Source: Octopus vulgaris (lineage: Eukaryota). From it: a DNA stretch of 64,000 bases. The DNA lies in assembly GCA_951406725.2 (NCBI GenBank), contig OX597823.1, positions 19,096,001 to 19,160,000 on the forward strand, in the 5' to 3' direction. The position numbers and the translations under genes are program-made. This document shows positions 25,856 through 39,024 of the stretch, piece after piece. Positions within the stretch are counted from its first letter, which is position 1. Each line of letters starts with the position of its first letter. Below the pieces are notes generated by a model that was given only the letters and a program-made list of their open reading frames with translations, was not told the DNA's origin and ran no database searches.

Positions 25856-26244
25856 ACACAACACACACACACATATACACTTTCTCGTCTTAGTTTGCAA
25901 ATTTTTATCTATGAAATACAGTTTAGACAAGTGTTAACATGAAACTTGATGCCCATGATTAACTCGGTGCTTTCAGCTGAGAGAATATTACAGGAGATAC
26001 ACAAGAACCAAGAGATTCTTGTCAAGCTGAGAAGTGAAAAAACAAGACATGGTTGTATGGAAGAGCGTATTTACTGTTCTTATAAATAGTGTGAAATGTC
26101 ATGTCATTTACAATAGATAAAATTTGAAAACTTAGATGTAATAGGTTGTTAATGTAACATTGAATGTGTACATGTAGCAGGTTATTTGCACTCATGTATA
26201 CATACATGTACATATCCAACCAGAACTAGTTTCACACCCTAGCA

Positions 26245-26950
26245 CACGCATGCATGCATGCAGGCATACATACACACGCATGCATGCAGACGTACACACT
26301 CGCATGCATGCAGACGTACACACTCGCATGCATGCAGACGTACACACTCGCATGCATGCAGACGTACTCACTCGCGTGCACACATACACACTCACATGCA
26401 GGCATGCACACATTCTTGGGCAGACATGCACTGCGCTCTCATGTAGACACGCACTGCACTCTCGTGTAGACACGCACTGCACTCTCATGTAGACACGCAC
26501 TGCGCTCTCGTGTAGACATGCACTCCGCTCTCGTGTAGACACGCACTGCGCTCTCGTGTAGACATGCACTGCGCTCTCGTGTAGACATGCATTGCGCTCT
26601 CGTGTAGATATGCACTGCGCTCTTGTGTAGATATGCACTGCGCTCTCGTGTAGATATGCACTGCGCTCTCGTGTAGACACGCACTGCGCTCTCGTGTAGA
26701 CACGCACTGCGCTCTCGTGTAGACACGCACTGCGCTCTCGTGTAGACACGCACTGCGCTCTCGTGTAGACACGCACTGCGCTCTCGTGTAGACACACACT
26801 GCGCTCTCGTGCAGACACATTCTACGCAGACATGCACACACACTCACCTGCACACTAACATGCAGGCATGCACACATTTTTGCGCAGACATGCACTGTGC
26901 TCTCATGCACACACATTCTACGCAGACATGCACAGATGCGCACACACACA
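26245..26950 (+). repeat. Compound minisatellite: 24-bp unit x about 4 and 23-bp unit x about 17
   Basis: cacactcgcatgcatgcagacgta repeats, then cacgcactgcgctctcgtgtaga repeats at about 26424-26815. Confidence 0.9.
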
Positions 26951-27086
26951 AACTTTATTTTAAAAGAATATATGCATAAGCTTTCGTATATGCATCTCTA
27001 TGAACATGCATACATATTTGCACAGTTATATTCACACCTCTGTATACATACATATAACCTATACATATATACCATACTGTACTAGT

Positions 27087-27258
27087 ACCACGTAAAAAGC
27101 ACCCAGCACACTCTGTAGAGTTGTTGGCATTAGGAAGGGCATCCAGCCATAGAGACCAAACATCAGACTGGAACCTGGTGCAGCTCACTGGCTTTGCCAG
27201 CTCTGGTCAGACCAACCATCCCACACCAGCATGGAAAACGGATGTTAAATGAGGATGG
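27087..27258 (+). mobile_element. RTE LINE 3' UTR fragment
   Basis: ccacgtaaaaagcaccc...ttaggaagggcatccagc...cagcatggaaaacggatgttaaatga. Confidence 0.7.
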
Positions 27259-27293
27259 GCGTACAACATGTGTATACACATTCCATATCTTTG

Positions 27294-27445
27294 TAGTTAG
27301 CACTAAAATTAATAATTAATAATTCCACCAAGTAGTGATTCGGTATGTAAAAGACCATTATCGGTAAATTTAAAACAATATTTATTATAATAAGGGTTAG
27401 GCAAAAGAATTTCTTTTGCCTAACCCTTAAAATAATATATATATT
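27294..27445. mobile_element. Short relative of the 24259 element, ending in a 19+1+19 palindrome
   Basis: taagggttaggcaaaagaa-t-ttcttttgcctaaccctta at 27391-27429, followed by (TA)n. Confidence 0.6.
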
Positions 27446-27467
27446 GTTTTATATATATATATATATG

Positions 27468-27960
27468 TTGAAACCATTTGATTGAAATAAGGATGTGTCT
27501 AACAATGTACATACAAAGAATAGTGCTAGCTGTCAGATTGTATCTTAGAGAAGCTTCTCACAGAGACTTGTGTATTAAAGATCAGAACTAACTCACAATG
27601 TTGTCAGTGGATTGTAAGACACTGTTTTAGCCTAATTTTGTCTCCTTTGTGATGAACCTTGTCACCTTGAAATTTTCAGCTAACAAAACCAATATGTTTC
27701 TCCGCGACATATTAAAGCTAAAGCCATTAGTATACATGTTAGATTATGTCATCTTTATTGTAATCTAATTTTGTTTGTTGTGTGTATATTGAATTCCAAT
27801 TTGTCTAGCTTTCATAGAAATCAGTAAATGTTTAGTTTGCTGAATAAATATTATTTGGCTTAACTCAGACTGTCTAACAGGGTTTGTCACTGAGGAGACC
27901 AAATTAAGTTGAAACAGGGTGTCTGATGGTCCACTGATGACATTCTGAGCAAGCTAAGTG
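27468..27960 (+). mobile_element. Decayed Penelope-like element 3' end (GIY-YIG C-terminal remnant plus pLTR hammerhead)
   Basis: Begins right after (TA)n. Frameshifted pieces NHLIE...LLTET.CIKDQ...KTLF* resemble the PLE endonuclease terminus. Hammerhead at 27885-27928. Confidence 0.5.
27885..27928 (+). ncRNA. Type I hammerhead ribozyme, core intact
   Basis: Stem I tgtca/tgatg; CTGAGGA; stem II gac-caaattaa-gtt; GAA; stem III aca-ggg-tgt; GTC triplet with predicted cleavage after 27923. Confidence 0.7.
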
Positions 27961-29114
27961 TTTTTTAACATGCAAGTCTTTGTGAAGAGTTGCTGACCCA
28001 CAATATTACAACTAGAGCCATTGTGCATTTGTACATATGATGTACACATAACCATGAGCATGTATTCAAACAAATCCATATGTGTACAATAAACAATAGT
28101 ATGTTCATTCAGCTATGCATACATCCATGTATTTATTCATTCATGTATGTGAAAGCAGATGTGGTGAGGTGAGGTGAGGAAGTGTGTGTCTATATGTTAA
28201 CGAGCTTTCTTTATGTATATATTACATACATAGTCCATCTTGTGTTTACAACCTATTATATCAGTTTTTATCTTTGTGTAATCACGTGACAGTATTTTTT
28301 TTTTTTTTTTAGAACATTTTGTTAATGTTACATTAAGCATCTCCTCTTTCTGTTCTCTTTCTTAAGTGCTTCATTAAACTCTGAGTACCTCCTGTAGTAT
28401 TCTCTGCTAAAACCAAAGTTATATCCTACGTGACATACCGTTCTCTTTACCGCATTTGTAGAGCTGAATACAAACACGTTGAACACTCCTTATGCTTACA
28501 CGGACATAAACCTGTTGAGCCATAAACTTATACACACACATATGTATATACACACATACACACACGTGTGTGTATAACTGCACATACATACACGTGTGTG
28601 TGTGTGTATAACTGCACATACATACACACTGCATATAATATACATGTCTTAATTATTGCTTGTGTAAATATATTTTATGACTGCTAAAATCTCAGATTAG
28701 GAAATATTCCAGCTCTAAATCTTGTTTCAAGAATGAATCATTTGATGTCTTTCAAGTTATTTTTGAAATATGCTTTTTTTGTTTTTCTTTTTCATGTTTT
28801 TAATAAGTAAGCCATTAAATACATTACTAAATATATGTTAATGTTTCTCACAGCTCCTCCTGTATTTGAGATATGGTTTAACTGCTTTATGAATCATATA
28901 TCTCGAGTTGTTTATGACGATAGCTCTAGGAGTTTGAAGCCTTAACTAGAAAAAGTTATTCCAAATGGGAAAGTTAGTGGGTAGATGCAAGGAACATCAT
29001 AAAGTTAACTAAAATAGATATGCAGTGATGGAGCTATTATAAAATCGTTTTATTGTCCACATGCTTGCATGGGTCCCTTCTGTTGCCAAACAAGGTTTTA
29101 TTTTCCAACATCTA

Positions 29115-29497
29115 CAGGAGTGGCCGTGTGGTAAGTAGCTTGCTTACCAACCACATGGCTCCGGGTTCAGTCCCACTGTGTGGCACGTTGGGCAAGTGTC
29201 TTCTATATAGCCTTGGGCCAACCAAAGCCTTGTGAGTGGATTTGGTAGACGGAAACTGAAAGAAGCCTATTGTGTATCTATGTGTGTATATGCTTGTTTG
29301 TCACCCCCTCCAACATTGCTTGACAGCCAATGTAGGTGTGTTTACATTCCCATATCTTAGTGGTTCGGCAAAAGAGACTGATAGAATAAGTACTAGGCTT
29401 ACAAAGAATAAGTCCTGGGGTTGATTTGCTCGACTAAAGGCAGTGCTCCAGCATGGCCACAATTAAATGACTGAAACAAGTAAAAGAATAAAAGAAT
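29115..29497 (+). mobile_element. SINE family A, full length
   Basis: Head caggagtggccgtgtggtaagtagc through tail gtaaaagaataaaagaa. Confidence 0.9.
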
Positions 29498-30579
29498 ATT
29501 TCCAATGAAGAATTGGAAACACACTTCTTCTATGGCAGTGATTCTTTGCAACCATCACATGCCGTCCCTTACCCTCTATTTGTGTGTGTGTGTGTATTTG
29601 TGTGTATGTCTATATATATATGCAGCATGCTTCCCTTTTGGTTTGGTTGGCTTGAGATAATAGAATACATTTGCCTTAAGTGCTGTGCAGTGGGACTAAA
29701 TCTGAGACCATGTGGTTGGCAAGAAAATTTCCCGATCTCATAACATCCATAACCATGCTTGTCTCTCTCTCACTCACTCACACACACACACAGGGACATA
29801 TTTTCAGTTGCTCTTTTTGGGGTTTTTTTTTCCTCAGCAATTAAGACAACTGGCAATATTTTTACTCTTATTCTGACCTCATCAGCAAAGCATGGCTTTT
29901 ATTGTATTGGCTGAATTAGAGATGAAAGAAAGTATAATTACTAGTTTTATATATTTGCTGATATAGAAGAAAAAAAAGATAGTTTATAAAATAAAGTTGT
30001 TGTTTACCTCTGTATGAAAAACAAAAGGTTTAATGGCCTAAGATACACTGGAGGGCCTATTGTCTATGTTCTTTCTCATAATAAATTGGGAATTAACATT
30101 ACTTTAAGCTCCTTCCTCTTAAAAAAAATTTTTTTTTCTAGACTATACTGATACTGTATTTTTTTTAGTATGGGAGTGGAAAAATAATTGGGGTTGTGGG
30201 TGAGTGGGTTTCTACTTGTTTTAAGATCCCTTAGATAAAGGTCATAACAAACAATAAAATTACTTTGACAAGGTCAAAGTAATATGTTCATCATAGTCTG
30301 TATGTGTGGGAGAATTGCATTTACTTTAAAGCGCAATTCACACACACACACACACACACTCTTGTTCTGTGTGTGTGTATGTGTGTATAATATATAACTC
30401 TGCCTAAAACATTCCCATCACTGTGTGTGTGTGTGTGATATATTTTACCTTTTAGTTGTATCAGTCATTAGACTGTTGCCATGCTGGAGCACCACCTTGA
30501 ATTTTGAGTACAATGTATCAACCACAGCACGCTTTTTAAAGTGTGGTACTTACTCTGTCTTGTTTTTCATAAGTTTTGG

Positions 30580-31050
30580 ATTAAAATCTTCCACCAAACT
30601 TTAGTCACAGTTTATGTTCCTAACACTAGCTTAAAACACATAAAGCACGATGGGCCATGATCATGGCCTGTTGACCATGATTGTGGCCTGTCGACCATGA
30701 TCTTGGCCCAGATAGATGCGATTAATTTATGGGCGTTTGTTGGGGTCTAATGTCACTCAAATGCTCTGATAGTTCAACTAATGAATTTTCGGATGTAAAA
30801 CTTGCCACTCTTATATACCAAGAAGATATTTTAACTATTTTTTGCGTGGTAGTCTCATTTTCATAGACTGTTCTCAGCAGTCCATGCTATATTAATGCAA
30901 ATCCCAGTGCTTTATGGGTTAATGTCACAATTTATGCTCCTAATACTAGCTTAATGATTAAGTTATTTTACTAAATTCTCTGTTATATTTAAAATTAATT
31001 GAAGGAAACAGAGAGCATCTCAAAATAAATATGGTAATTGAAAGAGTTAA
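30580..31050. mobile_element. Nested TTAA-type MITE remnants
   Basis: Inner element about 30630-30922 with ends cataaagcac / gtgctttatg and a 20-bp x3 repeat. The segment tcaca.tttatg.tcctaa.actagcttaa is duplicated on both sides. Confidence 0.45.
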
Positions 31051-31275
31051 GAATGAAACTCATAGAGTGACTTTTTTGAACTGGCGATAGTTAAAATAGA
31101 GGTCTTAAAATGTTCTGTTGAGGTTTACAAATAGAAGTTTTAGGTTATATTTTCGAAGTCCCAAATATTTGTAGCAGAGTGAACTCCTTGCTCAAAAGCT
31201 CCCAAGAGTTTTATAATAGCATTCAACAAAGGCAACAAAGTAAGTGTAACATGTAATCCCAGCTTATTGTCTTAA

Positions 31276-31489
31276 TCCTTTGGCATTTAAACTGACCACA
31301 TCTGGCTGAATGTTCTACCAGTTTTATGTTCAGACTGGTCAGCTCTGGCCTCTCACACTTGCCCTATGATGTCATTCTAAAAATAGTCAAGCCATTGAAA
31401 TCTCGAAACTACAATTTAATGCATGATTAATTAAAAACAATGTTAATAAGATATGCATTACATTTGATAGTAATTTGAATGCTAAAGGG
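31276..31489. mobile_element. piggyBac-like MITE
   Basis: TTAA flanks. Ends tcctttggcatt / aatgctaaaggg. Body matches 22849-23068. Confidence 0.75.
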
Positions 31490-32965
31490 TTAAGAACAGA
31501 ATGGTTCATTGAATAGTGTAGTCTTAGCTCTGCTGCTTGAAAATAAGATGGAATGGTCATGGCTGAAATACCTTAATCATGGTGCTAAACAACAATATAC
31601 TGTAATATCTTTATCTTATCTAGTTTCAGCTCACGAGCTGTGGCCATGCTGGGGCACTGCCATTCAATATTTTTTGCTAACAATTATCCTGGGTTTTGAA
31701 TATATTATTCAGATTTTAGGGGTAGCAAAATAAACCTTAAATGAAGTGGGGCAGATGAAGGGACATCTGGGTAAAAATGAGAGAGAGAGAGAGGGGGGAT
31801 GCTTCAGTAAAACTTTGGAGAAGAGAAACCCTATCCCGTTGAAGTATAGATGTACAGAATATACTAACTGAGCAACAGAAAAGAACTTGGTTGGGAGACC
31901 ATATGTAGAAGCCCCAGGTGATGTCAGACAGGGGAGCACCCATGGTCGTGTTAATAAGTAAATAACAAGAAAATGAATTGTAACCTGGTGTTTCTCCTCT
32001 TCCTCCTCCTTCCTTCTCAGGAGTAGTAGTAGTAGTAGTGGTGGTAGTAGTAGTAAATAAACCAACAGAACAGAATGAAAACTATAACTAGCAAAAGTCC
32101 CTTTCCCCAACATTCTGTTTATTTAGGGTAATTTGGTTCAAAGTAATGAAAAAAGGCCAGTTGATCCCACCCCTTTTCTGGCTAGCAATGTCTCATCCCT
32201 CCTCCCCCTCAACTACCTTATCCCTCTCCATTCTATCTTACACTATTTCTTTCTCTACATTCTCTCTGTTCAGTCTTTACTGTTTTGTCTTCTCCTCTGA
32301 CTTCTCTCTTCTGTTTTATTGCCTCTTCTGTACTTCTCTCTCTCTCTCTTCTTACTGTATCTTTCCATCTCTTTTCTGCCTTCTCTTACTCTTTCCCCAC
32401 CTTCCTCCCCCTCCTTTGTTTTTCTCTCTGTCTTTCACCTTCAATAGTAGTTTTTCATTGTATTGACCCAGGAGAAATGAAATGCAAAAATCAACACTTA
32501 GCGGGAGTTGAACTCAGAACATGACTCCATATGATTAAAATGTATTTCCCTCCATTACTCAACTACAGGGGTAAGGAAACCCCTGCCCGTGGGCACAGTT
32601 TCTCCCGCAAACCCGTTTTATTTCGTCCACAGGGTGATATACTCGTATGTACAAAATATAGATTTTTCAATTATATAATTTATACAATATTCTCATGCCT
32701 ATTTGTGACATAGGTCATGTTTCCACTACAACTTAAAATAGTTGGTTGATAGAAACTCGTCTGGTAATTGTCATTTGAATGGACATTTTGTTTTCATTAT
32801 ATAACCCATATTACTAGGTGTGTACCACCTCCTTGAGGCCCAACTATACTCCAGCTGAAAAATGTAACCTCACAGGTAATATAAATGTCCTAAATTCAGT
32901 GGCAGCATTGATGTTACCCATTAATTTAATGTGTTAAACTTATCTTTATTTAATGTGTATTGAAT

Positions 32966-33310
32966 TCATCATTGTCGTTTAGTGTCCGCTTTCCATGCTA
33001 GCATGGGTTGGACGGTTCAACTGGGGTCTGGGAAGCCAGAAGGCTGCACCAGGCCCAGTCTGATCTGGTAATGTTTCTACGGCTGGATGCCCTTCCTAAT
33101 GCCAACCACTTCGTAAGTGTAGTGGGTGCTTTTTATGTGCCAGACAAGGCTGGCAAATGGCCACGATCGGATGGTGCTTTTTACATGCCACCGGCACGGA
33201 GGCCAGGCGAGGCTGGCAACAGCCACGATGGGATGGTGCTTTTTATGTGTCACCAGCACTGGTATCACAGCTACAATTTCCATTGATGTTGATCGATTTT
33301 GATTCTGATT
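32966..33310 (-). mobile_element. RTE LINE 3' UTR fragment
   Basis: Close match to 39766-40150. Confidence 0.85.
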
Positions 33311-33482
33311 ATATATACAAATATATATACAAGATCTACACAGATATCAAAGTTAGATCCTGTGATCCGCCCACAGACCTTTTTCTTTGTAAATTTTTCC
33401 CCACCCCTGCTCTACTACCTCTGCTGACTGATTGGTTGACTTAAATGATTACTCAATCCATCAATTAGTTAATTGGGTAAAC

Positions 33483-33706
33483 CAATATTCTCAATTATTT
33501 TTTTGGCCTATGGACCCCTGTGATTCCAGTTTAACTAAACTGGACCTCCATAGCCATTGGGTTTTTAAAATATCCTATTGTATTTTTATGATATAAATAG
33601 GAATTATATTTAAAAAAGATATTTTTATGTATTGTAGAAGTATAACCAATTTGTTGCACATGAGCTTTAACAACAAAATCTTATATAAACCCGTTAAGAA
33701 TCACTG
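33483..33706. mobile_element. Decayed hAT-like MITE
   Basis: Ends caatattctcaa / ttaagaatcactg, with internal tatggacccc. Similar to 13526-13785. Confidence 0.5.
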
Positions 33707-34594
33707 TGTTGAATGGTTTACTAATTGACTTTTAAATAATAAAAGTGAAATCAAACCAGCATGTGTGTTTATTATTGGCATAATGACCCTTCCAAGATAC
33801 AACAAACTCTTATAAACACTTGTATTAGGTTGTTTTGTTCTCAGGTTTAGTTAATGGTTCTGTCTGTTCTTCAGCTTGATTTTGGTAACAGTGACTGCCA
33901 AAACAAGTAACCAGACTTTAAAACACAAGTACTGGGGTTGTTTTGTTTGACTAAATCCTTCAAGGTGATGCTCCAGCATGGCTGCAATCATGTGAGTGAA
34001 ACTACTAAAAACTAAGAGAAGGTTATCCTATGTAACTTTCCTTTTAATTGAAATGCCAGTGTTAGATTCAAGGAAGATTTGACTGCTATTTCTAGCAGAC
34101 TGAACAAATGAACTCAAATTCTCTCTTAATGGTTTTGAATAGAATTACGTTATTGTGAGAAGTGGCAAATTATATATTCTCAAACCTGATAATGTTAACT
34201 GTGTTGCCTGTCTCAAACGTTGAGCTAAAATCTTTCCATTAGATCTAGTGGGATATTTTTTTTATTGTTATAATTACAGAATAAAATGGAATCGGCTGTC
34301 TAACAGTTCTTTCTTCACTCTATTCCCAACATCCTTTAAACCAGCCTCACTCAGACAGGACCCTACTGAAAATGGCATCCCTAACTTAACATTTAAAAAT
34401 GTTAAGCTGGCATGAGAAATGTCAAAACAGTTGTAATGTTTCATTTGGCTTAATTACTACTGCGGTAGGAACAATTTTTAGAACCGAAGTGACACCGTTA
34501 TCGTCTTTCTAGTCCCTAAAATAGAAACCAAAAAAGTAAAACTATATCCTAGCCTGTATTGTCTAATTTCAAAGCATACATTACTCTCTCTCTC

Positions 34595-34807
34595 TCGTTT
34601 GTCATTTGACTGCGACCATGCTGGGGTACTGTCCTGAAGGGATTTAGTGAAAGAAATCGACCCTAGGACTTAAGCCTAGTATTTATTCTATTGGTCTCTT
34701 TTGCTGACCTGCTAAGTTACGGAGACATACACATTACCATCGGTTATCAAGCAATGATGGTGGGGGTGAAGACACACAGATACATACACACATGCTCGCG
34801 CACACAC

Positions 34808-34852
<45 letters not shown>

Positions 34853-35000
34853 CGACAGGCTTCTTTCAGTTTCCATCTACCAAATCTACTCATAAGGCTT
34901 GTGTTGGATTGGGACTATAGTAGAAGACACTTGTCCTAGGTGCTGTGCAGTGGGATTGAACTCAAAACCATATATTTGGGAAGCAAACTTAACTATACAA
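34595..35000 (-). mobile_element. SINE family A, diverged
   Basis: gtcatttgactgcgaccatgctgg...(CA)n...cttctttcagtttccatctaccaaatc. Confidence 0.8.
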
Positions 35001-35109
35001 ACTATGAAACATAATATTCTTTCTGCTATTAGCACAAGACCTGAAATTTACAGGGGGTGATGTTGGATGATTACATCAACCCCAGTGGTGAACTGGTATT
35101 TATGTTATC

Positions 35110-35345
35110 GGCGGCGAGCTAGCAGAAGCGTTAGCACACCGGGGGCGAAATGCTTTGCGGTACTTCGTCTGCCGTTACGTTGTGAGTTCAAATTCCGACG
35201 AGGTCGACTTCGCCTTTCATCCTTTCGGGGTCGATAAATTAAGTACCAGTTACGCACTGGGGTCGATGTAATCGAGAAAAATAATTATGTCTATACTTGT
35301 TTGTCCCCTCTATGTTTAGCCCCTTGTTGGGTAATAAAGAAATAG
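35110..35345 (+). mobile_element. SINE family C, young copy nested in an older antisense family C copy (about 35015-35490)
   Basis: TSD ggtatttatgttatcg on both sides. Head ggcggcgagctagcagaagcgttagc and B box gagttcaaattcc. Confidence 0.85.
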
Positions 35346-36890
35346 GTATTTATGTTATCGTGTTATCGACCCTGAAAAGATGAAAGGCACAGTGGACCTC
35401 AGCAGAATTTGAACTAAAAGCTTAAAGATGGACAAAATGCTACTCAGCAGTTTATCTGGCATGCTAACCACTTCCCCAACTTTCCGCTTCTTTTATATCC
35501 GCATAATTCATTTTGCTTCACTTTCTAAATATAAATTTGTTGCTCAGTCTTGAGTTATCCAACAAATATTATTTTCTTAAAACTTTTCTCTTTTTTTTTT
35601 TTTTTTACAAACAGAATAACTCTGAGGCTCACAGACTAAGATATATAGCTTTAGAGTGTTTCATAAATTATCTGGGAGTGCCACAGTTTAAGATTTGGGT
35701 GTTGTCCAATCACTTGAAAAGGGGTTGACTAAGATGAAGAATATGGTTTTGTTTTTGCACACGAGCTGTTAGTGCTGTGGTTTCTAGTTTAAGCTACTGT
35801 TTATCTGGCAGTTCCTCTGTGTGCCAAAAGAATTTATTTGCACAAAGTTATAAATAAGCTTAGAACATTGATCAAAAGGAAAATATACTTCTGAAATTGC
35901 TTAACAAAAAATTAATTGCATGTACCTCAATTAAGAATTTAGTGGTGCCACACTGGAGAGGAAAAAGAAAATTGCTGTGTTTTTCTTGAGAAATAAACTT
36001 TCTCTAGCCTATTGAAGAATGGAGCTAATTGTGCCTTCTGCTTTTATACAGTTCTTCTCTTTATGAATTAATTTTCATCTCTTTGATTTGCAGTAAAACT
36101 AATCAAGAACAAACTACAAACATTTTAAAGGAATTCTTCCCCACCTCTACCTGTTCTAACCTGACCATCTGTCTTTGTAAATAATACATTTTCTCAAGAA
36201 ACTACTGTTACTGAAATTGTATTATTGTCTTTCAACAAAAAAGTTTTTGAAATAAATAAATAAATAAAGAGCAAAGTATGCAAAAAGAGAAAGAAAAAAA
36301 TGCTTCCTCACTGAGTTATATGTAATTCAGCTGCCAACCCTATTCTGTTTGCTATCTATGGGGAATAACACTCATCCATTTAACCCGATTTCTTTTTCTT
36401 TCCATATCTTTTCTTTTTTTAGTAGTTTTCTATGTTTAAACATTGCATTTCTAACTTTATCAAAAAGAAAACTTCTTTTTAGGTTGTTTTACTCTAGATT
36501 TTCATAGAATAGAATATAGTTAGGTCTCAGGAAAAGAATGTATGTTCTTGTTACTACAGTACCCCTTTTAATCAATATTTCTTTCAAATTATTGTAAAAC
36601 GAAATATCCTGTACTTCTTTAACAAGTGACTAGATCAACATAGATTGTCTTCATGTAAGCCTGTTGATTGGAACTCCTTTTGGTAAAACTAGCTCCTATA
36701 GTGATAGATTCTTTCATTCTTTGTTGATTCTAGTATTAAAAAAAAAAGGGGGAGATACAAGAAATGAATTGTTTTTAAGTAGCACATTTACTGCAAATCA
36801 TTTTGGTAAAGCTTGCTCTTACAGCGATTGATTCTTTCATTGTTTGTTAATTCCAGTAGGAAATCAAAAAATACAAGAAGTAAACTAAAA

Positions 36891-36965
36891 TGGCTCCACC
36901 AGGAATTGAACTCAAGCTGTAGAATTTAGTTTCCTGAAATTTTACCACCACCACTACTGTGCAGC
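36891..36965 (-). pseudogene. Decayed tRNA-like sequence
   Basis: Minus strand shows A-box-like tagtggtggtgg, B box gagttcaattcc and ends ggagcca followed by tttt. The acceptor stem does not pair. Confidence 0.4.
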
Positions 36966-38747
36966 TCTTGCACAAAATCAATTAGGTTTTACATTATCTG
37001 TCCATTTGACCTCATAGAAGAGTTATCAATATATTTTGATTGAAAACTTTAAAAAGCTGATAATGAGAGGGAAAGAAAGTATGAGTGCCTGTGAGAATTA
37101 TAAATCCTCGTTTGTAATTTAGCATTTTAAATAGAAATATTTATTGACATAATTCTTCAAATTGAAAAATTTTAAATTGACTTATGAATGGCTGAATGCA
37201 CAAAACATTTAGCTTTAGCTATTCAACCACACAATGTTCAATATTTTGTCAAGTGTGTGTGTGTGTTCTATGATAGGTTACAACTGATTCTACTTAGAAA
37301 TCTGGTAGAAGGTTACCAGATATTGGCTAGATTCAAAAGTGATCTGATAGATTTTGAAAACAAAAAAAAAAAAAAAAAGTTTCGTCTTCCCATGCATTTT
37401 TTTTCTTTCTATGAATGAAGACTGCTGTGTTTTCATATGAAATTCTAACTTAAAGTTTATAATTTTATATATCTGCTGTAGTTGATGCCATATTTATCTT
37501 ACAATGGACAATGCATTCATGTTCTTACTAAGCCAAACTAAATGATAAACAAATATCACCCTGGTTGAGCCAACAGAAAGACCTCTATGTGGCCCAATGA
37601 CCCACTAGAGGGCTAAAATGAGATCTTTGAACAATGTAGCCTTTTAAAATAAATACATTTTATGTCTATCTATATATATAGACTATATGACCCTTGATCC
37701 AAAGACTATCTGATCCAGACTGACATCATAAAGTACTATCATCATAAAGAGGAAGGCTCTACATGGTTGTTTACCTTCCTAGAAATAGGAGCTAAGTCTC
37801 CCTCAAATTGCACCTTTCTGTGAAAGGAAAAAAAACAAACACCAGAACATTTGGATAATGTAGTCCTAGGTACAATATGATTATAAATGACCCCCCCCCT
37901 AGTATGACTACTAGCAAAACATCTTTAAGGTAACTGCTGAAGTAGGAATAAGTCTGGGATTAAATATGAACACACACAAATAATGTATGAAACATTTGTA
38001 CTAAAAGAAAATTGTATCACCCTCCTTCATGTGAGAATTATAAATCCTCATTTTTAATTGCATAAATATACCATATCAGTTCTTGATCTATTTCATTTAT
38101 AAATTACATAAATATACCATATCAGTTTGCGATCTATTTCTCCACATACTGACATAAGTCAGTCGGGTTAGGAATCTGATGTATTGAATTGGTATTTTAT
38201 CTGTATGTAATTTTTTTTCATGCAATGTATGTCTCTTGATTCTTCAAACAGTTTAAAGAAGTTTTTGTCACTTCCAGAAGTAATTAAATAATTTTAATTA
38301 CACTAATTAATTTATAGCAATTAAATTAATTAGATATTTTCTGAAATCTATTTATTTAAAAGCTAAAGCAATGTAGAATGCATTTCAGATTCTGCATCTT
38401 TGACCTTCAGAAAATTTATATTTGATTCTGAAAGAACAAGATTATAAAGGTTCAAAGCTACATATATTCTGCACACATGCACATATACATGTTTATATAT
38501 ATATCCATTCATTTGTGCCTCCATATACACATGTGTATTGATGTGGATGCTTGAAGATATTGAATTTCGTTATCAGTTTGAGTTTTCACTGTAATCATTA
38601 TGTGTGTGTATGTGCAGTGCATCATGTATAAATGTAGTATTAAAAGCCATGGAACTTTATGAGTAGCAGATGGAAAGCCACTAACAGCATTGGTGGAATT
38701 GCTAATTACCAAATGCCGGCCTTCACAGAGGCAATGACAAATTACAC

Positions 38748-38997
38748 ACTTGAGTAGAAGCCCTATGAAGCCAAGTGAAATCATAGTTGTGGAAGATATT
38801 GGTGCCATGCAAACTGACACCTGTGCTGGTGACATGTAAAAGCCCTCATTACACTCTTGGAATGGTTAGCGTTCGGAAGGGCATCCATCTGCAGAAACCA
38901 TGCTAAATCAGACGAGAGTTTGGTGCAGCCCATCAGCTTACCAGCCCTGGTCAGACTGCCCAACCCACGCCAGCATGGACAATGGATGTTAAATGAT
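38748..38997 (+). mobile_element. RTE LINE 3' UTR fragment, decayed
   Basis: ggtgacatgtaaaagc...ggaagggcatcca...gccagcatggacaatggatgttaaatgat. Confidence 0.65.
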
Positions 38998-39024
38998 AAT
39001 GTATTTCTGCTTCTTTGAGCATCA

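Noticed and set aside
26192-26949. Long ORFs of 134-208 aa
   Set aside because: They are translations of the 23/24-bp minisatellite.
28854-28945. Acceptor tttctcacag followed by a short frame PPVFEIWFNCF...
   Set aside because: Stops after about 30 codons, with no donor and no recognisable homology.
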